DNA of 64,000 nt, taken from the NCBI GenBank assembly GCA_963705165.1, contig CAVPJD010000024.1:147119-211118 (forward strand), read 5' to 3'. Source of the stretch: an uncultured delta proteobacterium (GTDB lineage: Bacteria; Desulfobacterota; Syntrophia; Syntrophales; UBA2192). The notes below the pieces were generated by a model. It searched no databases and was not told the DNA's origin. It saw nothing but the letters and a program-made list of their open reading frames with translations. Made by a program: the position numbers and the translations under genes. Positions 10,970-20,730 of this stretch are shown here, one piece after another (the first letter of the stretch is position 1; every line of letters begins with the position of its first letter).

Positions 10970-11731
10970 ATGACCGAACCCAAAAAAGAAGACAAGATGC
11001 CCCTCACCTCCCACCTGGAGGAATTGCGAAAGAGGCTCGTCCGCATCCTGATCGCCGTCGGGATTGCCTTTCTCGGATGTTTTGCCTTCAAGGAGGAGAT
11101 CTTCCGGATTGTCGCACAGCCGCTGATCAGCGTGCTGCCGCCCGGCACCCACATGGTCTTCACGGGGCTTCCCGAGGCCTTTTTCACCTACATCAAAGTA
11201 TCGCTCTACGCAGGGATCTTCGTCGCCAGTCCCGTGGTGCTCTACCAGGTCTGGAAGTTCATCTCGCCGGGCCTCTTCCCGAAGGAGAAGAAATTCGTAG
11301 CCCCTTTCGTGATTACCTCGACAATGCTCTTCGTCGGCGGGGTGTGCTTCGGCTACTTCCTGGTGCTCCCCGGGGCGTACAAGTTCTTTCTGGAATTCAC
11401 CACGGACTTCCTCAAACCCATGCTCTCCATGCGGGAGTACCTCACGCTCACGCTGAAACTGCTGCTCGCCTTCGGGATCATTTTCGAGATCCCCGTCTTT
11501 CTCTTCTTCATGACGAAGATCGGCCTGGTGACGCCGCGCAAGCTCGCGAGGATGCGCCGCTACGCGATCGTGGTCTGCTTTATCGTGGCGGCCATCATTA
11601 CGCCCACGCCGGACGCCTTCACGCAGCTCATGATGGCAATCCCCATGATCGTCCTCTACGAGGTCGGGATCCTCGTCTCCAGGCTCGCCGGCCGAAAGAA
11701 AGACGATGCCGACAGTGATCCGCCCCAATGA
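10970..11731 (+). CDS. tatC: twin-arginine translocase subunit TatC
   Basis: HLEELRKRL, QVWKFISPGL, AAIITPTPD. Confidence 0.97.
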   Translation: MTEPKKEDKMPLTSHLEELRKRLVRILIAVGIAFLGCFAFKEEIFRIVAQPLISVLPPGTHMVFTGLPEAFFTYIKVSLYAGIFVASPVVLYQVWKFISPGLFPKEKKFVAPFVITSTMLFVGGVCFGYFLVLPGAYKFFLEFTTDFLKPMLSMREYLTLTLKLLLAFGIIFEIPVFLFFMTKIGLVTPRKLARMRRYAIVVCFIVAAIITPTPDAFTQLMMAIPMIVLYEVGILVSRLAGRKKDDADSDPPQ

Positions 11732-13764
11732 AACCGAATAACCGATCATCGCTGAGGAAAGTCATCGTCAAGCGGGCCCGCCGGAGCCGTATCTTCCGCA
11801 AGATTTTTTCCGCCATGATCGTCCTGGGGCTCCTGGTGTTTCTCGGCGCGGCGGGATTCCTGGCCTACCTGGTCCATGAGTCGCCCAGCGTGGACGCCCT
11901 GAAGGACTACCGGCCCAGCACGACGACGCGGATCTACTCCGACAAGAACGAGCTCGTGGACTCCTTTTTCGCCGAGGACCGGCAGGTCGTCCCCATCGCC
12001 GAGGTCCCCGAGATGGTCATCAAGGCCTTCGTGGCCGGCGAGGACGCACGCTTCTTCCAGCACGAGGGGCTCGATCTGGTCGGCATCCTGCGGGCCTCCG
12101 TCAAGAACGTGATCGCCGGCGAAATCGTCCAGGGCGGCAGCACCATCACCCAGCAGGTGGCCCGCTCGCTCTACCTCTCGCCGGAGCGGACCTTCATCCG
12201 CAAGATCCGGGAGGCAATCCTCGCCTGGAAGATCGACCGCTACCTGAAAAAGCACGAGATCCTCGAGCTCTACCTCAACCACATCTACCTCGGCCACGGG
12301 GCCTACGGGATCGAGGCGGCCTCGCAGAGCTACTTCGGCAAGTCGACGCGGAGCCTGACGCTCTCCGAGGCGGCCATCCTGGCCGGCCTCCCCAAGGCGC
12401 CGAGCCGCTTCTCGCCCTACGTGAACATGGAGCGGGCACGCCAGCGGCAGGCTTACGTGCTCACCCGGATGCAGGAGGACGGCTACATCACGCAGGCCGA
12501 CCGTGACAAGGCGCTGAAAGACCCCGTCAAGCTCATCTCGTCGAAGCCCCGGGAGAAGATCGCCCCCTACTTCACGGAGAACGTCCGGCGCTACATCCTC
12601 GAGAAGTACGGCGCCGACGCCCTGTACCGGGAGGGTCTCGAGGTCTACACGACGATCAACGTGGAGATGCAGAAGGCCGCAAACGATGCCGTGGAGCGGG
12701 GCCTCAAGGAGATGGAGACGCGGGAGAAGTTCCCGGCGGGGGAGCTCCAGGGAGCCCTTTTGTGCATGGACGTGCGCACCGGCGAGATCAAGGCCATGGT
12801 GGGGGGCCGGGACTACAAGAAGAGCGAGTTCAACCGGGCCACCCAGGCCAGGCGGAGGCCCGGGTCCTCTTTCAAGCCCTTCGTCTACACGGCCGCCTTC
12901 GACAAGGGAATGACGCCGGCCTCGGTCATCATCGACTCGCCCCTCATCTTCAACGACGCCGTGCGCGGCGAGTGGAAGCCCCAGAATTTCGAGCACAAGT
13001 TTTTCGGCCCCACGACGCTGCGAACGGCTCTGACCTTTTCACGCAACGTGGTCACCGTGAAGGTCCTCCAGGAGATCGGGCTGGCCTATGCCATCGACTA
13101 CGCCCACAACATGGGGATCAACTCGCCCCTCACCCGCGACCTCACGCTCGCCCTGGGGACCTCGACGGTTACGCTCCAGGAGATGATCCGCGGCTACGGT
13201 GTGCTGGCCAACAGCGGCAAGCGGGCGGAGCCCTATTTCATCCGCAAGATCGTGGACCGGCGCGGCCACGTCCTCGAGGAGCAGACGCCCCAGGTCGAAC
13301 AGGCCATCGACCCCCGCATTGCCTTCCTCACCACGTCGGTGCTGCAGAACGTTATCCAGGAGGGAACGGGCGAGCGAGTGAAGGCCATCGGACGACCCGT
13401 GGCCGGCAAAACCGGGACGACGGACGACTATTTCGACGCCTGGTTCATCGGCTACTCGCCGTCGCTCGTGGCCGGCGTGTGGGTGGGATTCGACGCGGAA
13501 AAGACCATGGGACGCTCCGGCGTGGGCGGCCGGGCCGCGGCCCCCATCTGGCTCTACTTCATGGAGCAGGCCCTGGCGGGAAAGCCCGTGGAGGCATTCA
13601 CGGCCCCCGAGGGCGTCGTCTTCGCCCGCATCGACCCCAAGACAGGCCTTCTGGCAGGCCCGGGGACGAAGGACTCCGTCTTCGAGAGCTTCCTGGAAGG
13701 CACGGCGCCGAAGGACTATGCGCCGGCCGCGGGCGAGGAGACCGGCGAAGGGGTCAAGCCCTAG
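11728..13764 (+). CDS. penicillin-binding protein 1A (bifunctional transglycosylase/transpeptidase)
   Basis: EDARFFQH, GGSTITQQ, RKIRE, PGSSFKP, SRN, GKTGTT. Confidence 0.95.
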   Translation: MKPNNRSSLRKVIVKRARRSRIFRKIFSAMIVLGLLVFLGAAGFLAYLVHESPSVDALKDYRPSTTTRIYSDKNELVDSFFAEDRQVVPIAEVPEMVIKAFVAGEDARFFQHEGLDLVGILRASVKNVIAGEIVQGGSTITQQVARSLYLSPERTFIRKIREAILAWKIDRYLKKHEILELYLNHIYLGHGAYGIEAASQSYFGKSTRSLTLSEAAILAGLPKAPSRFSPYVNMERARQRQAYVLTRMQEDGYITQADRDKALKDPVKLISSKPREKIAPYFTENVRRYILEKYGADALYREGLEVYTTINVEMQKAANDAVERGLKEMETREKFPAGELQGALLCMDVRTGEIKAMVGGRDYKKSEFNRATQARRRPGSSFKPFVYTAAFDKGMTPASVIIDSPLIFNDAVRGEWKPQNFEHKFFGPTTLRTALTFSRNVVTVKVLQEIGLAYAIDYAHNMGINSPLTRDLTLALGTSTVTLQEMIRGYGVLANSGKRAEPYFIRKIVDRRGHVLEEQTPQVEQAIDPRIAFLTTSVLQNVIQEGTGERVKAIGRPVAGKTGTTDDYFDAWFIGYSPSLVAGVWVGFDAEKTMGRSGVGGRAAAPIWLYFMEQALAGKPVEAFTAPEGVVFARIDPKTGLLAGPGTKDSVFESFLEGTAPKDYAPAAGEETGEGVKP

Positions 13765-13775
13765 GGCGACCCCTT

Positions 13776-13896
13776 CCTTGATCTTCCTCTCCCTACGGAG
13801 ACCTTTTCCTCTGTTCTCCTCCCCTGGTGGGAGGAGGAAGTGGAGGAGGGGGAATGATCCTGTTCCTTTTCCGGGAAAGGATTGAGGTGAGGGTGA
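13776..13896. repeat. BoxC/REP-like element, long nested form
   Basis: About 118 bp near-identical to the reverse complement of 60416-60533. Confidence 0.92.
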
Positions 13897-13960
13897 GTGA
13901 TGTCCTTCCTTTTAAATGCCGGCCTCGGGAATCGGGTTTCAGGATCAGCAGAAAAAAGAC

Positions 13961-13989
13961 TTGACAACTGAGTGGTTTTATTGCATAAG
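13961..13989 (+). promoter_or_regulatory. sigma70-type promoter of the ilv operon
   Basis: TTGACA (13961-13966), 17-nt spacer, CATAAG; about 30 nt before the leader ORF. Confidence 0.6.
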
Positions 13990-14019
13990 GGGCTTCGTTT
14001 TTACAACCGGAGAGGATTC

Positions 14020-14097
14020 ATGATCCGTCAGATTATCACGAGCATGCTAGTCGTCGTTGTCGTCGTACAGGCGGGGACCGCAGCTCGGACTCTCTGA
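14020..14097 (+). CDS. ilv operon leader peptide MIRQIITSMLVVVVVVQAGTAARTL
   Basis: ggagagg RBS; 3 Ile, then Leu followed by 6 consecutive Val codons; followed by a terminator. Absent from the ORF track. Confidence 0.88.
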   Translation: MIRQIITSMLVVVVVVQAGTAARTL

Positions 14098-14192
14098 TGG
14101 AAACATAGAGCAAAACGAGCCGCGGCCCCCGAAAGACCGCGGCTTTTTCTTGTCGGAAAGCCGCAACGGAAAAACGTTCGCGGCTTTTTTCA
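14073..14192 (+). promoter_or_regulatory. transcription attenuator: antiterminator plus two tandem terminator hairpins
   Basis: ggggaccgcagctcg can pair with cgagccgcggccccc; terminator agccgcgg/ccgcggct+U run (14118-14151); second hairpin aaagccgc/gcggcttt+U run (14157-14192). Confidence 0.85.
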
Positions 14193-14236
14193 TCACCTTT
14201 ATTCATTATGATTCATCATCGGAGGAGGTAGTCCCT

Positions 14237-15946
14237 GTGAAAATGAAAGGAACCCAGGTTTTGATCGAGTGCCTGAAGGCAGAGGGAGTGGACGTCATGT
14301 TCGGATACCCGGGCGGTTCCGTCATCGACATCTATGACGAGCTGTACCGCAGCAAATTCAAGCACATCCTTGTCCGCCACGAGCAGGCGGCCGTGCACGC
14401 CGCCGACGGCTACGCCCGCGCAACGGGAAAGGTCGGTGTGGCCTTGGCCACCTCCGGCCCAGGGGCCACGAACACCGTGACGGGGATCGCCACGGCCAAC
14501 ATGGACTCCATCCCCATCGTCGTCTTCACGGGGCAGGTCCCCACGCACCTCATCGGCAACGACGCCTTCCAGGAGTGCGACATTACCGGCATCACACGCC
14601 CCTGCACCAAGCACAACTATCTCGTCCGCAATCCCGACGAGCTCGCGAACACCATCCACGAGGCCTTCCACATCGCCCGCTCGGGCCGTCCCGGGCCGGT
14701 GCTTATCGATCTGCCGAAAAACGTCATCGCCGCGGAGGTCGATTACGATCCCGCGAAGATCAAGATCAACGCCACGAAGCTCTCCTTGCCGCCCAAGCAG
14801 TCCTCCAAGAAATACGTCCAGCTCCTGGAGATGCTGAGGGCCTCGAAACGGCCCATGCTGATCACCGGAGGAGGCATCCTGCTGGGCAAGGCATCAGATG
14901 AGCTGCGGGCCTTCGCCCGAAGGGCCAAGCTCCCGGTCACGTCGACCCTCATGGGCCTCGGCGGCTTCCCGGGCTCGGACCCGCTCTTTCTCGGCATGCC
15001 GGGAATGCACGGCACCTATTTCGCCAACATGGCCATCAGCCACTGCGACCTGCTTATCTGCATCGGGGCCCGCTTTGACGACCGCGTGACGGGCAAGATC
15101 GACACCTTTGCAGCAAACGCCCAGGTCATCCACATCGACGTGGACCCCTCTTCGATCAACAAGAACATCGTCGTGGACCTGCCCATCGTCAGCGACGCGA
15201 AGAGCGCCCTCGAAAACATCAACCGCCTCCTCAAGGACAGCAACTACACGGCGAGCGATGCGGAGCGCAAGGACTGGCTCGATCTGATCGAGTCCTGGAA
15301 GAAAAAGGCCCCCCTCAGTTATTGCCAGGACGGCAAGATTATCAAGCCCCAGTGCGTCATCGAGACGCTCTACGAGGTGACGAAGGGCAAGGCCATCATC
15401 ACCACCGAGGTAGGCCAGAACCAGATGTGGGCCGCCCAGTTCTACAAGTACGACGACCCCAACACGTTCATCTCCTCGGGCGGCCTCGGGACGATGGGGT
15501 ACGGCTTCCCGGCGGCCATCGGCGTGAAGCTTGCCTTCCCCGACCGGATCGTCGTGGACGTCGCCGGCGACGGAAGCATCCAGATGAACATCCAGGAGAT
15601 GGCCACGGCCATGCAGTACAACATCCCCGTGAAGATCGTGCTGCTCAACAACAGCTACCTCGGCATGGTCCGCCAGTGGCAGGAGCTCTTCTACGAGAAG
15701 CGCTACTCCAACACGGACATGACCTTCCAGCCCGATTTTGTGAAGGTGGCCGAGGCCTACGGCTGGCAGGCTCTGCGGGCCACAAAACCCGACGAGATCC
15801 GGTCCGTTCTCGAGAAGGGACTCTTCAGCGACAGGCCCTGCCTCATGGACTTCCAGGTGGCCCGCGAGGAGTGCGTCTATCCCATGGTGAGGCCGGGGGC
15901 CTGCATCAGCGAGATGACGCTGGGAACGAGGGAGATGACGAACTAG
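14237..15946 (+). CDS. ilvB: acetolactate synthase large subunit
   Basis: FGYPGG, RHEQ, TSGPGATN, GDGSIQMN; start after the GGAGGAGG RBS (GTG 14237 or ATG 14243). Confidence 0.97.
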   Translation: MKMKGTQVLIECLKAEGVDVMFGYPGGSVIDIYDELYRSKFKHILVRHEQAAVHAADGYARATGKVGVALATSGPGATNTVTGIATANMDSIPIVVFTGQVPTHLIGNDAFQECDITGITRPCTKHNYLVRNPDELANTIHEAFHIARSGRPGPVLIDLPKNVIAAEVDYDPAKIKINATKLSLPPKQSSKKYVQLLEMLRASKRPMLITGGGILLGKASDELRAFARRAKLPVTSTLMGLGGFPGSDPLFLGMPGMHGTYFANMAISHCDLLICIGARFDDRVTGKIDTFAANAQVIHIDVDPSSINKNIVVDLPIVSDAKSALENINRLLKDSNYTASDAERKDWLDLIESWKKKAPLSYCQDGKIIKPQCVIETLYEVTKGKAIITTEVGQNQMWAAQFYKYDDPNTFISSGGLGTMGYGFPAAIGVKLAFPDRIVVDVAGDGSIQMNIQEMATAMQYNIPVKIVLLNNSYLGMVRQWQELFYEKRYSNTDMTFQPDFVKVAEAYGWQALRATKPDEIRSVLEKGLFSDRPCLMDFQVAREECVYPMVRPGACISEMTLGTREMTN

Positions 15947-16042
15947 GGCCGAAGGCCCTGGCATAGGGCTTAAGGCTAAAGGCTTACGGCAGAACGAATC
16001 CGGGTTCCTGCCCTTACGCCATAAGCCTTAAGCCATTCGCCG
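15946..16042. repeat. inverted pair of 7-nt period AGGC arrays between ilvB and ilvN
   Basis: ggcatag ggcttaa ggctaaa ggcttac ggc ... gccataa gccttaa gccattc gcc. Confidence 0.8.
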
Positions 16043-16133
16043 GAACCATTTGGCAACGAACAAAAGGCCCGGTCACACGTTTTCATCCGTCGATGGCCGG
16101 ACGAATATCTCAAGCAATGAAAGGCGCGGAAAC

Positions 16134-16619
16134 ATGGACAAGAAAGAAAACGTCATATCCATTCTCGTCAACAACAAGCCTGACGTCCTGGCTCGCGTGG
16201 CGGGAACCCTCGGCGGCAAGGGGTATAACATCGAGACGCTCTGCGTGGACGTCACGATCAACCCCGACGTCTCCAAGATCATCCTCACCACGATCGGAAC
16301 GAAGGCAACGGTGCAGAAGATTGAAGCGCAGCTCGCGCGGCTCATCGACGTCATCAAGGTGGAGAACCTCACCGACGTGGAGACGGTCAAGCGGGAGCTG
16401 GTGCTGATCCGGATGAGCCTCACGGCGGACAGCAAGAGCGAACTGATCCGGAAGATCAACCAGCTCAACTGCAAGATCCTGACCTTCAACTCCGATCACT
16501 GCGTCCTGGAGTACAGGGGGAGCAAGGCCGAGGTTGACAAGGTCCTGGAGACCTTGAAGCCTCTCGGGATCGACGACATCGCCCGCACGGGCATCGCCGC
16601 ACTGGAACGCAAGAACTGA
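16134..16619 (+). CDS. ilvN: acetolactate synthase small (regulatory) subunit
   Basis: ACT domain N.P.VLARV, GYNIETL, QL.RLIDVIKV, ARTG; position in the operon. Confidence 0.93.
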   Translation: MDKKENVISILVNNKPDVLARVAGTLGGKGYNIETLCVDVTINPDVSKIILTTIGTKATVQKIEAQLARLIDVIKVENLTDVETVKRELVLIRMSLTADSKSELIRKINQLNCKILTFNSDHCVLEYRGSKAEVDKVLETLKPLGIDDIARTGIAALERKN

Positions 16620-16624
16620 AAACC

Positions 16625-16794
16625 AGTGGCTAGTGGTTAGTGGCTTGTGTTTTGTGACGGAAAAAAAGCAGGGGGATATTTGTCTTTTTTTTCGGGCTTG
16701 AATTCCGGGCCGCTTTCAACCGCCGTTCAATGGAACGGTCGGTCACTGACGCAAAACTCCCGTCACTAAACACTAGACACGAACCACTAACCAC
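16625..16794. repeat. nested inverted repeat with 7-nt period arms between ilvN and ilvC
   Basis: gtggttagtgg (16633) pairs with ccactaaccac (16784); gtgacgg/ccgtcac and ccgttc/gaacgg inner stems. Confidence 0.75.
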
Positions 16795-16813
16795 AAAGCA
16801 AGAAGGAGGAACC

Positions 16814-17857
16814 ATGTCAAAGCTCAACATCGGCGGGGTGGTCGAAGAAGTCATCACCTCTGAGGAGTTTACCCTGGAGAAGGCCCGCAAGGTTCTCAAG
16901 GATGAGGTTGTGGCCATCATCGGCTACGGCGTGCAGGGGCGCGGCCAGGCCCTGAACCTGCGTGACAACGGGATCAATGTCATCGTCGGCGAGGAGTACA
17001 ACACGAAAAAGGCCATCGAAGAAGGGTGGGTCCCCGGCAAGAACCTCTTCCCGCTCATGGAGGCCGCCACGCGGGGCACGATCCTCCAGTACCTCATGTC
17101 CGACGCCCAGCAGAAGTCCATGTGGCCCGAGCTGAAGCCGACCCTGACAAAAGGCAAGGCCCTCTACTTCTCCCACGGGTTCTCCATCGTTTACAAAGAG
17201 CAGACGGGCGTGATCCCGCCTGCCGATATCGACGTCATCCTGGTGGCCCCCAAGGGCGCCGGGCGGACGGTAAGGGACAATTACCTGGCCGGCAGCGGCA
17301 TCAACTCGAGCTACGCCGTATTCCAGGACGCCACGGGACGGGCCCTCGAAAGGACTCTCGCCGTGGGCGTGGCCATCGGGTCCGGCTATCTCTTCCCGAC
17401 GACCTTCCAGCACGAAGTGTGGAGCGACCTGACGGGCGAGCGCGGCGTGCTGATGGGGTGCCTGGCCGGTGTGCTCGAGGCCCAGTACAACGAGCTGCGC
17501 AAGCAGGGCCACAGCCCCAGCGAGGCCTTCAACGAGACCGTGGAAGAGCTCACCCAGAGTCTCATGCCGCTGGTCGCCCAGAACGGGATGGACTGGATGT
17601 ATGCCAACTGCAGCACCACGGCCCAGCGCGGGGCCCTGGACTGGAAGGACCGCTTCCGCGATGCCGTGGCCCCCGTCTTCAGCGAACTCTACGATCGCGT
17701 GAAGACCGGCAAGGAGACGGAGATCGTTCTGAGAGTCAACAGCGCACCCGATTATCGGGAGAAGCTGGAAAAGGAGCTTGCCACCATTCGCAACTCCGAG
17801 ATGTGGCAGGCCGGCGCCGTGGTGCGCTCCCTGAGGCCGGAGCGACGTAAAAAATAG
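16814..17857 (+). CDS. ilvC: ketol-acid reductoisomerase (fungal Ilv5/Bacteroidetes-like clade)
   Basis: [43 protein letters not shown]; aggagg RBS. Confidence 0.96.
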   Translation: MSKLNIGGVVEEVITSEEFTLEKARKVLKDEVVAIIGYGVQGRGQALNLRDNGINVIVGEEYNTKKAIEEGWVPGKNLFPLMEAATRGTILQYLMSDAQQKSMWPELKPTLTKGKALYFSHGFSIVYKEQTGVIPPADIDVILVAPKGAGRTVRDNYLAGSGINSSYAVFQDATGRALERTLAVGVAIGSGYLFPTTFQHEVWSDLTGERGVLMGCLAGVLEAQYNELRKQGHSPSEAFNETVEELTQSLMPLVAQNGMDWMYANCSTTAQRGALDWKDRFRDAVAPVFSELYDRVKTGKETEIVLRVNSAPDYREKLEKELATIRNSEMWQAGAVVRSLRPERRKK

Positions 17858-17937
17858 AAGTGAGGAAGAGAAGAAGAGCGGAAGAGCGGAAAAGACAGAG
17901 GGAGGCCTTGTCTCTTTGTCCGCTCTTCCGATGTTCG
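17857..17937. repeat. 8-nt period GAAGnnnG array with inverted arm
   Basis: gaagtgag gaagagaa gaagagcg gaagagcg ... tccgctcttccgat. Confidence 0.75.
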
Positions 17938-18023
17938 TGAACGCAGGGGGGGAAGAAAATCGTTCTTCCTCCCTTCCTCTTTATGGTAGAATCGCGAACC
18001 AGCACACACAAAGGGAGGGAAAC

Positions 18024-19691
18024 ATGCGAAGCGACCTGATGAAAAAAGGCGTTGAGAGGGCTCCCCACCGGTCTCTCTTCAAGGCCATGGGTTACACCGA
18101 CGAGGAGATCGCACGCCCCCTGATCGGGGTCGTCAACTCCTACAATGAGATCATCCCGGGGCACATCCACCTGCGCACCATCACCGAGCATGTGAAGGCG
18201 GGCATCCGCATGGCAGGCGGCACCCCCGTGGAGTTCCCCGCCATCGGGGTTTGCGACGGGATCGCCATGGGGCACGTCGGGATGAAGTACTCGCTGGCGA
18301 GCCGCGAGCTCATTGCCGACTCCGTCGAGGTCATGACCATGGGGCACCCCTTCGACGCCCTCGTTCTCATCCCCAACTGCGACAAGATCATCCCGGGGAT
18401 GCTCATGGCGGCCCTGAGGCTCAACATCCCCTCCATCTTCATCAGCGGCGGGCCCATGCTCGCCGGAAAGCTCCGCGGCAAACCGATCGACCTCATCACC
18501 GTCTTCGAGGGCGTGGGAGCCGTCAAGTCGGGCAAGATGACCGCAAGGCAGCTCAAGGAGATCGAGGACTGCGCCTGCCCGGGTTGCGGGTCCTGCTCCG
18601 GCATGTACACGGCCAACACGATGAACTGCATGACCGAGGCGCTCGGGCTGGGGTTGCCCGGCAACGGGACCGTCCTGGCCGTCGATTCCGCACGGATGCG
18701 CCTGGCCAAAGAGGCCGGCATGAAAATCATGGAGCTGCTGAAGAAGAACATCCGGCCCCGCGACATCGCAACGCTTGCGGCCTTCAAGAACGCCATCGCC
18801 GTGGACATGGCACTGGGCGGCTCCACGAACACGGTCCTTCACCTGCCGGCCATCGCCCACGAGGCGGGCATCCGGCTCGATCTGGAGCTCTTCAACCATA
18901 TCGGCGCGAAGACCCCCAACCTTTGCAAGCTCAGCCCCGCAGGGGCCCATCACATCGAGGACCTCGATACGGCAGGCGGCGTCCAGGCCGTGATGAAAGA
19001 GATCAGCAAGCTCGGCGTGATCGACCAAAAGGCATTGACCGTTTCCGGCACCACGGTGGCAAAAAACCTCAAGGAGACCCGCGTCTACGACTACTCGGTG
19101 ATCCGCCCCGTGAAAGACCCCTACAGCCCTGACGGCGGTCTGGCCATTCTCAAGGGCAATCTCGCCCCCGAGGGCGGTGTCGTGAAGCGATCCGGCGTGG
19201 CCCCGAGCATGATGGTCAACGAGGGCCGCGCCCGCGTCTTCGACAGCGAGGATGACGCCATCGCGGCCATCCTGGGCGGGAAGATCAAGCCGGGCGACGT
19301 CATCGTCATCCGCTACGAGGGCCCCAAGGGCGGCCCCGGGATGCGCGAGATGCTCGCCCCCACGTCGGCGCTGGCCGGCATGGGCCTGGCCGAGTCGGTG
19401 GCGCTCTTGACCGACGGGCGCTTCAGCGGCGGCTCCCGCGGCGCGGCAATCGGGCACATCTCGCCCGAGGCGGCCGAGGGCGGCCCGATTGCCTTCGTCA
19501 AGGAAGGTGACCGGATCGCAATCGACATCCCGAAGCGCAAGATCACCCTCCTGGTGAGCGTCGAGGAGCTGAAGCGACGCAAAAAGGCCTGGAAGCCCCC
19601 GAAGCCGAAGATCCAGTCGGGCTACCTCTCCCGGTACGCAAGCCTCGTCACCTCCGGGAGCACGGGCGCCATTTTGAAAGACAGGGTTTGA
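18024..19691 (+). CDS. ilvD: dihydroxy-acid dehydratase
   Basis: [43 protein letters not shown]. Confidence 0.98.
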   Translation: MRSDLMKKGVERAPHRSLFKAMGYTDEEIARPLIGVVNSYNEIIPGHIHLRTITEHVKAGIRMAGGTPVEFPAIGVCDGIAMGHVGMKYSLASRELIADSVEVMTMGHPFDALVLIPNCDKIIPGMLMAALRLNIPSIFISGGPMLAGKLRGKPIDLITVFEGVGAVKSGKMTARQLKEIEDCACPGCGSCSGMYTANTMNCMTEALGLGLPGNGTVLAVDSARMRLAKEAGMKIMELLKKNIRPRDIATLAAFKNAIAVDMALGGSTNTVLHLPAIAHEAGIRLDLELFNHIGAKTPNLCKLSPAGAHHIEDLDTAGGVQAVMKEISKLGVIDQKALTVSGTTVAKNLKETRVYDYSVIRPVKDPYSPDGGLAILKGNLAPEGGVVKRSGVAPSMMVNEGRARVFDSEDDAIAAILGGKIKPGDVIVIRYEGPKGGPGMREMLAPTSALAGMGLAESVALLTDGRFSGGSRGAAIGHISPEAAEGGPIAFVKEGDRIAIDIPKRKITLLVSVEELKRRKKAWKPPKPKIQSGYLSRYASLVTSGSTGAILKDRV

Positions 19692-19761
19692 CGAACAGAA
19701 TGGGGGGCCGATGAGGCGCCCCTTCCTGTTTTTCTGCCACATTCACCGTATCAGCGATCAC

Positions 19762-19866
19762 GAAGTCAGGAAGTTAAGAAGTGAGGAAGAGCGGATAAAA
19801 AACCGGATTATTCACCATTTTATTCTCCGTATTCCGCGCTTCCGCTCTTCCTAACTTCCGCTCTTC
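19762..19866. repeat. inverted pair of 8-nt period GAAGnnnG arrays
   Basis: gaagtcag gaagttaa gaagtgag gaagagcg ... cgcgcttc cgctcttc ctaacttc cgctcttc. Confidence 0.85.
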
Positions 19867-19871
19867 GGTAC

Positions 19872-20687
19872 TTGATTATGGTCTCATCGGCTCTCAGGCT
19901 CACGGCCTTCTCCATCACGGGGGTGATTGCCTTGATGTTCTTCCTGCAATCTCACCTTGTCTACTTCCCGGATGGCCAGATCATCGACACGCCGGCTGAC
20001 AGGGGCATGGCCTACGAGGAGATTTCCTTCGAAGCCGCCGACGGCGTGCAGCTTTCGGCCTGGTACGTGCCGGCAGAGGCGGGCCGCGGGGTTGTCCTTT
20101 TCAGCCACGGAAACGGCGGGAACATCTCCTACAACCTCCCTTTCGTCGAGATCCTCCACCGCGTGGGCCTCTCCATCTTCATCTACGATTATCGAGGCTA
20201 CGGCCGGAGCAAAGGCAAGCCCTCCGAGGAAGGAACCTACAGCGACATCGCGGGGGCCTGGCGATACCTGACGGAGGGCCGGAAGGTCCCCGCCGGGCAG
20301 ATCCTGCTCTACGGGCAGTCCCTCGGCGGCCCCATCGCCGCGAAGTTAGCCCGCGAGAAAAGCCCGGCGGCACTCGTCCTCGATTCCACCTTCACGAGCT
20401 TCATCGACATCGCGGGCCACCACTATCCCATCCTCCCCGTTCGGTGGCTGGCGCGCTTCGAGTACAACACGATCGAGCACGTCCGCAATATCCGGTGCCC
20501 CGTTTTGGTCATTCACAGCTCCGATGACGAGATCGTGCCGTTCAAGCAGGGCGTGGCGCTTTACGAGGCGGCACAGGAACCGAAGGCTTTCGTCAAGCTC
20601 CGGGGCGGGCACAACGACGCCCTGTACCTCTCGGCCGTGCAATACCGGGAGGGGATCGACGGGTTCCTGAAAAAAATCGGACGTTAG
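19872..20687 (+). CDS. alpha/beta hydrolase
   Basis: HGNGGN, DYRGYG, GQSLGG nucleophile elbow, DEIVP, GGHN. Confidence 0.92.
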   Translation: MIMVSSALRLTAFSITGVIALMFFLQSHLVYFPDGQIIDTPADRGMAYEEISFEAADGVQLSAWYVPAEAGRGVVLFSHGNGGNISYNLPFVEILHRVGLSIFIYDYRGYGRSKGKPSEEGTYSDIAGAWRYLTEGRKVPAGQILLYGQSLGGPIAAKLAREKSPAALVLDSTFTSFIDIAGHHYPILPVRWLARFEYNTIEHVRNIRCPVLVIHSSDDEIVPFKQGVALYEAAQEPKAFVKLRGGHNDALYLSAVQYREGIDGFLKKIGR

Positions 20688-20730
20688 GCGACATGGAGAA
20701 GGCGGCATTTTTCCTGCATGACCATCCGAC

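Noticed and set aside
14057..14236. N-terminal extension of IlvB in the ORF track
   Set aside because: It runs through the attenuator hairpins. The real RBS (GGAGGAGG) is at 14221-14228.
17736..19742. Long antisense and alternative-frame ORFs (this one, 38421-40430, 25306-27099, 5030-6358, 11746-12996 and others)
   Set aside because: Shadow ORFs of high-GC coding regions. They overlap well-identified genes and have no motifs.
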